From Owenia fusiformis (lineage: Eukaryota): 64,000 bases of DNA. The notes beneath the pieces are model-generated. The model made no database searches, had not been told where the DNA came from, and saw only the letters and a list, made by a program, of their open reading frames with translations. Positions 11,601 to 23,600 of the stretch are shown here, one piece after another (position 1 is the stretch's first letter; each line of letters begins with the position of its first letter). The translations under genes and the position numbers were made by a program. The DNA is taken from contig CAIIXF020000001.1 of NCBI GenBank assembly GCA_903813345.2, forward strand, positions 35,154,001 to 35,218,000. The letters are read 5' to 3'.

Positions 11601-14600
11601 AAATTGGATAGCTTATTGTGCATAATAGGTCTGTGAAAAATACATTCAGAACAAGCTGAAATCATGAAGATAATTGGTAAATTGGCAAATATTCTACATA
11701 TGTGTATGAGCAACAGTATGTATACAGTGCATGTAAATTACGCTTCACTTTGGTTATCAGGGGTGATTGTACAATGTTATATCCAGATTCAGGAATCATG
11801 TAATTACCGCTTTCCTTTTAGTCCCTTTTTTCTTCTCCTCCACTGTTATCTTCTGCTCTGTTCCTATTGTTTTCTTCTCTGATCTCTTCACCTCACCTCC
11901 CCCAAAGAAATCCATGACACTCAACTGGCCTTTGTCAGGAGTCAACTTCTTGGAGTGTGATTTTTTGGGTGAAGGCTGTTTTGGGGTGGCAGGTTTGAAA
12001 TATGTGTCAACAGTATTTCTTTTGGGTTTCTCATCATCTGATTTGAAATATGAAAGCCAAAATTATTTTCACAAGGTTGACAAAGGAGTGGTATCGATAT
12101 GGAGAACTGAATTCAACAATGTTTTTCTCTTAAACCAATCATTGAAAACATTCTGTAAAAATTAGTACTGTGGGTACTGGGCTCACATGGTGTTGCTCAA
12201 AAGTGAAAATAAAAAAGACGGGTATAATTTTTTGCAGATTTTTTGTGACAAAATTATTTCATACAACTACTCTTTACAAAGACATGGCTTTTTACAATGC
12301 AGGACACCTGAACTTATTTGTAAAGCTAGGAAATGGGCCAAAAGTGAATTTCCCGAGACAAAAATGGTGGCCATTTTGAAATTAGGCGAGATTTTGAAGC
12401 AGGAGTCACAGGTTTTTTTTCTTTATTGATGTTGAACAAAATTATTTTAAATCGGGAATCCTATCTACAGAGGATTTAAAAAGTGTTGACAGAGGTTTAA
12501 AACTTGCCACTTTTTTGGACTGACTGAGAGACAGATGGAAGAATCAATGTTAACTAAAATGGCTGAAAATAAAAAAAACTGATATAATATTTTGCCGATT
12601 TTTTGTAAAAAAATTATTTCATACAACTACTATTTACAGTGACATGGCTTTTTACAATGCAGGACAGCTGAAATTATTTGTAAAGCTAGGAAATGGGCCA
12701 AAAGTGAATTTCGCGAGACAAGAATGGTGACCATTTTGAAAATAGGCGAGCTTTTGAACCAACAGTCATAGGAGAGTTTTTTGTATTGATGTTGAACAAA
12801 ATTAACTTAAAACAGGAATCCTATCGACAGAGGATTTAAGGCAAATGGTCCAAAAGTGGATTTTGCGAGACAGATGGACAAATCAATGTTAACTAAAATG
12901 GCTGAAAATAAAAAAAATGGATATAATTTTTTGCTGATTTTTCGTAACAAAATTGTTTCATATATCTACTCTTTACATTGACACAGATTTTTACAACGTA
13001 GGACACCTGAAATTATTTGTAAAGCTAGGAAATGGGTCAAAAGTGAATTTCGCGAGACAAAAATGGCAGCCATTTTGAAAATAGGCGAGCTTTTGAACCA
13101 GGAGTCATAGGGGAGTTTTCTGTATTGATGTTGAACAGAAATAACTTAAAACAGGAATCCTATCGACAGAGGTTTTAAAACGTGCCAGTCAAAAGTGAAT
13201 TTCGCGAGACAAAAATGGCGGCCATTTTGAAAATAGGCGAGCTTTTGAACCAGGAGTCATAGAGGAGTTTTCTGTATTGATGTTGAACAGAAATAACTTA
13301 AAACAGGAATCCTATCGACAGAGGTTTTAAAACGTGCCACTATTGTTGACGGACAGACGGACGGAGACGGACGGACGGACAGACAGACAGACAGACAGAC
13401 GGACAAGTGAGCGATTGCAAAAGCTCACCATGTGAGCTAATAAAAAGACATGGTATTTTATGTAATGTTGACTGATTGACAACAATTTAATGCGAAAATT
13501 ATTTAGAAATATTTTATATAACTGTTTTTGTTAATTATAACATTTTTTGTTTTTTTAGTGCAATTGTTTTTGCTTCTTTCTTCCAATTCTTGAGAATGAA
13601 ATAAAATGTCTTTCCGAACCTTGTTGGAACAAAATAGCATCTACAACATGTTTTAGACCTCTTAATATTATAGTTATACAAAGGAATTTTTGGTTGATTT
13701 TAAAAAAAGTATTCAAAAATTTAAAAAAATCCCCCAAAATAGATAAAAATCAAGATAGACCTTTTATTTCATTAACATGATACTTTTTCAAAATCAACTA
13801 AAGTTTCCTTTGTACAATTACAATATTGAGAGACCTTAACATGTTGTGTTTATGTCTTTTTGTTCCAATGAGGTTCGGAAAGATGTTTCATTTCACTCTG
13901 GAAACATGATACCAAGAACAAAACAAGTGTTAGATGTGTTTTATAAAACAATATAGATGAAAATATATATAATATTTTTCAAATTATATTGTTACCATTC
14001 AAAAGATGACCATTAAATTGACGATGTGTAAAATTTTTAGATTTTTTTATGACTGGTTTAAGAGAAACGTGTGTTCAAAAAGTTCTCCATATCGATACCA
14101 CTCCTTTCAAGAGGTCATTGACTTAATTTACCAAGATATTCTTCAGTACAGATATAAAGTTTCAAAGATTCAGGACATTTTCACCCACTCTCCTCTCTTT
14201 CTCACTTTTACAGTTAACTAGACCGCACTACAGAATTAATGGGATGATTTGAGGTTCAGACTGTTGCACTGATTCAAAATCAACTGTTGACATCTTAACA
14301 TTTAATAACATATGTCTTTTTGTATATGAGGCCAAAAATGAGTTGTTATTGACAAACCTGAATCAGAGACATATGTTGTGATCTTCTTTTTAGTACTAGC
14401 CTTATTTCGACTTCTCTTCTTGGGGATAGGGTCCTCTTCAGATTCTGTAAAAACATATTAACATTTCAATGTTCAGTTTTCATAGAGACATATATCAGGG
14501 TTCGATCTTAGCGGTAGCAAGGAGCAAATTTGCTACCTGATTTCACATTTTGCTCCAAAAGCTTTGTGGCCAGGAGCACATGCTTGCTACCTCAAATTTA

Positions 14601-17600
14601 CGCAATGAATCTCATGTATTTCAACCCTTCTATCGCATAGAATCAATGGAACTTACCACTCCCGATATTTTTTCATTTTTTCATCGCGTTTCCGATAGCG
14701 ATAAAACAACCTCAACGCTGATTAGTTGATATGGATCCCAAAATGAAACAAAATAAGACAACATCACTGATTGGACTTTACTCGCTTTAGCGAAACAGAA
14801 TTTCTTGCCGAAAAAATGTCGCCTGCACGAAATACTAGTAGATGCAATTCACATCTAACAGGTAAATAAAACATGTTTCATCGATGAATACACTATAGTT
14901 TGTTTCCTCCCAATTGATTATACTACCTTTATTAGGATTAGATGATTCATTCTCCTATTTTCAATGAAAACATGTGGATTTTGGTCTGAAAAACCACAAA
15001 TTGTTCTCAGACGACTCTTGAACGTAAAAAATTATCGTTTCGTTCAGTGCAAAAAGGCGAGAAATAACCGGGGATACGTTATAAGACATGATTACAGATA
15101 TTAGTCTAATGTACAGCTTGATTAAATTAGAAAATTTAGAATATAGAATTTGATGAGCAATTTGCTACATGATAATGTTTTCTTGGACCATTTTTGTTGC
15201 TACCTGAATATGGGAATTTGCTCCTTGTTTTGGTAGAAGGTAGCAAATCCTTGCTACTGGTAAAAAAAAGTTAAGGTCAGACCCTGTACGTATATATATA
15301 CAGAAAATACCCTAGCAAGAACTGGAGACCAGCAAGCCGAAATAACATAAAGAAAGAACTAGAAAAACAGCAACTCCACGGAGTAGCAAATCCCACCGAA
15401 CAGCAGTTGAGTTACCAAAGATTACGAAAATGAAAATGAAAAATGGCAGCCATTCTGAAGATCAGACGCCATCTTAAAAAGTTTTTCTCGAACAGAGCTA
15501 CTGTGTTTCTAGGCATCAGCATATAAAATTTGAACCAAATCTGTTCACTGGTATTTGACTTATCAAAGATTACGTTTTTTCTTATGAAAAATGGCTACCA
15601 TTTTAAAATTCAGCCGCCATCTTGAAAAATTTTTCTCGAACAGATCTACTGTGTCCCTAGGAATCATCATATAAAAATGAGCCAAATCTGTTCAATGGTA
15701 TTTGAGTTATCAAAGATTACGTTTTTTACGAAAAATGGCGTCCATTTTGAAATTCAGCCGCCATCTTGAAAATTCTTTCTCGAACAGATCTCCTTTGTCC
15801 CTAGGCATCATCATATAAAATTTGAGCCAAATCCGTTCACTGGTATTTGAGTTATCCAAGATTACCTTTTTTACGAAAAATGGCCGCCATTTTGAATATC
15901 AAGCCGCCATCTTGAAAATTCTTTCTTGAACAGATCTATTGTGTCCCTAGGCATTACCATATAAAATTTGAGCCAAATCCGTTCACTGGTATTTGAGTTA
16001 TCAAAGATTACGTTTTTTTACGAAAAATGGCGTCCATTTTGAAATTCAGCCGCCATCTTGAAAATTCTTTCTCGAACAGATCTCCTTCGTCCCTAGGCAT
16101 CATCATATAAAATTTGAGCCAAATCCGTTCACTGGTATTTGGGTTATCAAAGATTACCTTTTTTTACGAAAAATGGCCGCCAATTTGAATATCAAGCCGC
16201 CATCTTGAAAATTCTTTCTTGAACAGATCTATTGTGTCCCTAGGCATTATCATATAAAATTTGAGCCAAATCCGTTCACTGGTATTTGAGTTATCAAAGA
16301 TTATGTTTTTTTACTCAAAATGGCCGCCATTTTGAAATTCAGCGGCCATCTTGAAAATTGTAACTCGAACAGATCTACTGTGTCCCTTGGCATCATCATA
16401 TACAATTTTAACCAAATCCGTTCACTGGTATTTGAGTTATCAAAGATTAAGTTTTTTTACGAAAAATGGCCGCTATTTTGAAATCTAGCCGCCATCTTGA
16501 AAATTTTTACTTGAACATATCAACTGTGTCCCTAGGCATCAGCATATAAAATTTGAACCAAATCCGCAAACCAGTATTTGAGTTATTAAAGATTACATTT
16601 TTACGAAAAATGGCGGCCATTTTGAATTCAGTGGCCATATTGAAAATTTCTTCTCGCGCAGAGGTCCTACACCCATAAGGCATAAGCCTATAAAATTTGA
16701 ATCAAATCCATGAAACGGTATTGGAGTTATCGCCCGGACAAACAGACGGACGGACGGCTTTCCTATATCCCTCTCGAAACTTCGTTCAGTGGGATAACTA
16801 GTTTCAATGCTATTTTCCAAAATCAAATGAAAAAATAACCTGTCTGCAATGACCAGGGGACCAGCTATAACATCACTAGATTAGATCATTTAGCATTTGA
16901 ATTATACAAAGTAGGTTAAATAGAACCAGCTTGACCAAGTTCAGAATGATATTTTAAGCAAGACTAACCTGAGTCTATAACCTGGGATTTCTTTGCTTTC
17001 TGCTTTTTCTTGCCTTTCTTCTTGCTAGTTTTGATATCGTCATCACTGTCAGATTCTGACACAGCAACAACCTTCTGAAATACATTCTCTCTTAATTCTC
17101 CATGCTTTACATTTTTTTTTACATATCATAGTCCAAGACTTAAATCCTCATACAAATGATTCTGTATTTTACACTTACATTTTCAATTTTGTAGAATTTC
17201 TCAGGCAAAATTATTGGAAATTATTCATGTAATTTCAACAAGCAGTTTCAGAAATTTCACAAAACATGCATATAAACAAAGAGAAAGGTTGGATTATTAA
17301 AGGCAGAATCAGATCTATAGGGTGTGACAAAATTACAAGCAACTTTTATAATTGACCTACCAATCTATTCCTTACAATACCAAATACAATATCTCCCAAA
17401 AGATTCACAATATGTTATAAATTGGTGAAGTTATTAATGATTCAAAGTGCAAAAATGGGTGGAAAATGTTTAAATTCTCCCAAATAATAAGAATGGTAAC
17501 CATTCTTATAGAAAAATAATACATTATTGTAAATATCTTTAGTTTTCCTTGAATAAAGTATGTACTTATGTGATTTTTAGAAAATAGACATGACAAGGAA

Positions 17601-20600
17601 TGACATGAGCCAAAAATATTATAAAATTGAGACAATTTTTTGTTAAGCCTGCTTGCTATATCTGATTCTCTCTTTAAATTTCAAAATTTTTTTTCTTCTT
17701 TTTACAACCTTTATTTTACTAAACAGGGCATAATATTGTTTTTATTTATTGTTTTGTAGCGCTTCAGTTCAGTTTTTATACAGTTGAAAAAGGATCAGAC
17801 AGGATCCGAAACGTCCTGTTTACTAAAATAAAGGTTGTGAAAAGAAAAAAATATATTTTTGTGATTTTTGTAAAGAGAAAATTTTTGATTTTTTGAAGAG
17901 ATTGGTTTCTTAAATTCGTTACCTTTGCTTTTTGTTTACTTTTCTGTCTCCGAGTACTGATCTCTTCATCTTCACTGTCTCCGCTATCAAACAGATCTTT
18001 GTTCGCTTTCCAACTTTTCTCAACACTTTTCTTCCTTTTGTTTCCTGAACCAGAAGCTTCTGAATCTTTCTTCATCTTGGAACAGCTGTTTGATTTGGAT
18101 TTGGATTTTCCAGTTTTTGTTTCACTTTTTGGTGAAGATACAGAATCACAGTAACTGTTCTCATCAATAATCAAAAGTTCATCTTCATCTTTTGCTTTAT
18201 TACTTTCCTTTACTCCATTTTCTTTTAAAGCACATGTGTCTTTTCTTGTTACAGGGGGCTTTGGTTTTGGTTGCTTTTTCTCAGCTGAAGCCTTCTCCTT
18301 TGTTGGTTCTTTGGGCTTTTTTGCAACACTTTTAGCACCAAAGAAATTCCGGATATCCTGAAAATGAACACAGCAGAATTCAAACGGGGTCTAAATCCAG
18401 AAATCATGTGAAATATCTGAAAAAATTATGCTCATTCCCTATTCTATAATGGAAAGTAATCATTTTACCAAAGTACAAATAAACCTTAGATAAGATGAAT
18501 GTGCATCAAGTTAAACAATATACTACAGCCCATTTCAATGTTTTATTGCATCAGTAAAACCTAAATAAAAATAAGAAATCAAAAGATCATTATGCAATAA
18601 TATATGAAAAAATATATTGCTATTGTACATAAATAACATTTGTTTATCTTGCATTGCTTCTAGTTTGGCTAATAAAGTGTGTTGCCTCTTATATTTTGAG
18701 GCTTCTCTCTGCCATAGTATTTTCAAAAAGATAAACATGGCTGAAATTCTTTAAATTACAAGAGGGCACAGGCTTATTGCACAAAAAAACTAAATAATCT
18801 GAAATATACAAATGTCATTCATGTACTTATATTTGGGGTTCTACTGACGCAATAAAACAGTGAAATGGGCTGAAGAGGGGAATAGAAATAATCTTGTCCA
18901 AATCGAGAAAATTGTGATAAGATTCTTTCTTTGAAGCGGGGCAGTCAAAACGTTTCTTATAAAAATGAGCCTCAGTTTGCAGTAATATCTAAATGGCAAA
19001 TCCTGATAATAAATAAACCACCTTTGACTTGGTTAATGAAAACACAGAATGAAATCCTGTGCTAAGGGCTGATGTGAAAAGACTACCCCAGTAGGGATCA
19101 AACCCATGAACCCTTGCTTTCCGGGCGATTGCTCTACAACCGAGCTATAGGATTGTAGCCATGCCTTACATGCCCAGTTTCCTGGACCCCATATAAGTTA
19201 CCCACAGTCAGCACCATCTATCTAATATGTCATATAAAAAAATAAAAATCTAAATAATTTTTTCTGATGCCAAGGCTAGGGACTTTGATCAGTGCTATTA
19301 TATGTTTACTCAACTTTCATATTTTTGTAACTTGTCAGAAAAAAAAAGTTTTAACATTTCTTGGCGATCTATAAATAGATATGAGGTCATGTGCATGAGC
19401 AGAGTTTTGGCCCAAAAAAGTTAGAAATTTGTGCCTAAAAGCTCAATATCTATGATTTGCATGCAATTCTGACCATGTTTTATGTATCAAAATAATGCTT
19501 AGAGTATTAAGACTCAAATGAAGTTAAAAATAAGGTAAAATGTACACCAACTAAGTGATTATGACCACAAACAAAAACGGGAGTCCAAACCGGGCTAGGC
19601 ACAAACGTTTTCTATACCCCGAACGACTGAAGGGAGTGAGGGGTTCGAAAGCTTTTGTGCCTAGCCTTAAGGGGTGTATTCAACGATATTACCCCTGCTC
19701 TGATGTCTATATTACGATTCGAACATGAAAACTCACCAAAATGTTTTGAATATTCATCATGGTCCGCCATTACTACGACCCACCGTTATGACGTCACACA
19801 TTACACGTATTACCAGGGGTATTGATCGCGAATATATCCCGGGTGAAATGTTGACTTGGTTTACAGTTTATAGAAGGCGTGAATACAGTCATGTTCGAAT
19901 ATCAAATAGAGGATAGGAAGGCCATTCATGTAGGTAATTGATGGACACTCAGCCCATGCAGTTGTAATGATCCTGGCATCATTACTTTGTACTTTTATTT
20001 GTACATTCATTTCTTTAATTTATATTGAGTTTGTGCATTATCTTTTATACTTGTTTTAAATGTTATTTTGTTTATTATGTGATTTTACAAGGACCATCAG
20101 TCCTAAAAGTGTTTTAAAGCAGAGAAAGAAGCTTAGCCAATGAGAGTCAAGTTAGGGGTTATAAGTATTTAATGCATTGACCAATGGTGTTAGCTCTAGC
20201 TGATATATTTTGTGAAGTAAGTAATATTTCTTAGTGTTAAGGGCAGAATGTAGATTTGAGACTGAGAAAGTGAACATGGGAGAAACATAGGAGAAATAGA
20301 ATTGCTAGAGTTGAGACTGATAAGTGAATATGGGACAAACATAGGAGAAACATAGGTTTCTACCCAAGACAATCAATGATGTCCTATTGTTATTGCTCGA
20401 ATAATATTTCAGACTCACATACCATTTATCAGTATATTCAAACTTCAGATTGAATTTCTTCGAAAATAATTAGATCGAGACCCTATCTGTTGCAAGACTA
20501 ACGCCTGGCAGAACCGTCACCATGTTATTTGGTGTTTTTTAAGTAGCGCAAGGATCCTGCCATGACCGTGGTAATGTTATCGTTAAAGCCTGGTATAACC

Positions 20601-23600
20601 GCAACAATGCTGTATTATATTAAAATGCCTGCCATGACCGTGGTAGTGTAATCGTGTAAGCCTGGCGCGACCGCAACCTTTATATGACATTAATGACCTT
20701 CATGTTTCGCCCATTGCTGTTGGTATTTTTTATGGATAAATCTTATTAATTAGTGTTGTCGCGATGTGCCATAATGGTACATCGATGCATCGGCACTTTT
20801 CAGTAGTAAACATCGATGTACATCGAGAAAAAGTTCGAGAAAAGTGCACTGAAATACCGAACGCTAATGCACTAAAATCCCGAACAGACCAAATTAATAA
20901 GAGTAGGCTGGTACATCCGGGAATTCTAGTAACGGTGAAATGAAAGTAAAGTAAATTTTTTTAGATCAATGGTTCATTTCGACTAGCTAAAACAGTTTTA
21001 AAGCGAAAGAATATCAGAAAACATTGGGAAATGAAATAAGACATGAAAAAAGGTAAGCAATTTGCGTCAAAATAAGATAAGAAAGTGCGATTTTTAGCAA
21101 ATTAAATTTTTTAAAAAACATCGATGTTTTGTTTCAGACATCGATGCATCGCCAAAACCAGCTTTGGCGATGTATATCACGATGTATCGATTAATCGCGA
21201 CAACACTATTATTAATTGATCATTATAGAAAGTATATGCTTTCGAATCGAAGCTCCTTGAATGAGAGTAGAGATATAGTTTGTTTGCAAATTATTTATGA
21301 GTAAAAATTAGGTTTTCGTTGTGAAATTAATACACATTTTTAGTAGTCTTTATTTACATATTTTAGGTAGTTAAACACGAAGAAAAATTGTCATTACAGT
21401 GTTCTCATGCTACTTTAAATACAACCACGGTCATGAGAGGCCTTGGAACTATTGTCAGGGTCATACGAGGCTTTAACATTACCACGGTCATGACAGGCCT
21501 TGCAATATAATATAGCATTGTCACGGTCATGACAGGCCTTGCAAGCATTGTAACGGTCATATCAGGCTTTAACATTACCACGGTCATGACAGGCCTTATA
21601 AGCATTGTCACGGTCATATTAGGCTTTAACATTACCACGGTCATGACAGGCCTTGCAATCATTGTCACTGTCATACGGGGCTTTAACATTATCACAGTCA
21701 TGGGCAGCTTGGGTCAACATTCATAAAGACAGAGACATATAATGTCTCTGGTAAAATATACAAATATACGAATATTTAAAAGTGGATAGTAAACAAATCG
21801 CTTAACAAACAACAATAAAAAATTCTTAAATTAAACGTAAAGGCTACGGCTGCGCCAGGCTTCCACGATAACACTCATGGTCATGACAGGCCTTGCAATA
21901 TAATACAGCGTTGTCACGGTTATACCAGGCTTACAAAATAACACTGCCACAGTCATGGCAGGATCCTTGCGCTACTTAAAAAACACCGAATAACATGGTG
22001 ACGGTTACACCAGGCGTTAGTCTTGCAATAGATAGCATGTGATTAGATCGGGCATCACAATCGCAAAATTAACACTGAAAGAGGGGGATTTGGGACTTCT
22101 TCTTTGGTAAGTAGATGGGTATATATGTGGTGAAACTCAATATGCAAAAAAGTCCAGAGGGGTCTTGATTGCGCTATCTTATGGCATAGAGCCTCTTCGT
22201 GTAGATCTAACTGCGTAAAAATCATGTCCACTCAATTTTCACAAAAACGATGAAATTGAAATATTTTCTAGAAGTCAAACTTAGACGATCAATTATTGTG
22301 ATTGATCTAAATTGTGGTTTGTTATATTATGTAATGAACTACTGACATTTGCTCTCAACTAACATCATGACAATATGTGCATTGATTTTGGGCTACAAAC
22401 TTACCATTTTCATGCAAATTTAGGCTGGCGAAAACCTTTCGCGCCAAATTTTAAACTGCGCATGCTCTATGACCTTCACATCTTTAGTCTGAAAGAAAGT
22501 CTAATAACTTTTGTTTCATAATCAGCATACCAGATATATATATATCAAAATATTCCTCGTATATTTTCCTATCAATCTGTAGATCATGAATGATTTTAAT
22601 GATGGGGATCTTTGAGAAATCGAGGGAACAAGGAAAGCTGCGCGCGCATTGCGGTCGTTACAACGAAAATGGCGGCGGAAGAATTGAAAAGGTGAGTTTC
22701 ATTTTTTCAAAAAAGCTCATATTCTGTCTGTTCAAGACACATATCCGGAGCCAGATCCAGCCCCTATTGGCAGTAGGCTCAAAGAATAAATGGGAACATA
22801 AGACCAAAAATGGTACATCATTTTTGGTACATCAAAAAATGACCACCCAAAATCATAGAATCTAGATTCTAGCCTAGAAGTTCAAGATTGAAGATGTCCC
22901 TACACTGCAGTGTTCACCATAAAGAATAACAAAATTACATGCTGTCGCAGGGTGTTACTAAATACCACCTAGGTGTCCCCTTGGGCACCTGGATTTCTAA
23001 TTTCATTTTAAACCACGTACACATTTTAAATATAGTATTATTTCCTTTGTCATATTAACTTGACATTTTATAGGCTTGAAATAATAATTTGTAGTTGAGA
23101 ATATTGCAAAGAAGATTCGAAAATAAAATGTTAAAAGTTTTATTTTAGAAAAATGGGCACCTGGAATTTTGCTCATGTATGGTCACTTATGTAGTAATAA
23201 AACACTGTTTAAATGCTAAAGTGTGCATTTACACTTGAAATATATACATTTAGTCGCTAAAATAGTGAATTTGTAGCATTTTATAGTGAGCAAATTATGA
23301 AATATTATCCTAACAAATGACTTTTCGACATCGATCAAAATTTTTTAAGAAATTAAAAATATCATAACCAAACAGAAATATTTACACAAGCTCCATGAAA
23401 ATACTTTATTTTGAACCATATTAACACTTGGAAAAATGTTAGTTTAAAATAAAGTAGTAAAATATGCCAATAAGAATAAGGCATTTCAATGGGGACACCT
23501 AGGTGTGGGGCACCTAGGTGGTATTTAGTACAACCCCTGTCGCACATGTAATAAATTCTTACCTTTAGCTACACTCAAATTTTTTATTCTGTGAACCAGT

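Noticed and set aside
19737..19770. ATGGCGGAC...TTTTG|GTGAGT as RFC1 exon 1
   Set aside because: It ends in phase 1 while exon 2 needs phase 0, and it lies inside a repeated hairpin element.
21405..21726. Repetitive ORFs MTV..RPVMT
   Set aside because: Translation of transposon subrepeats; no splice or compositional support.
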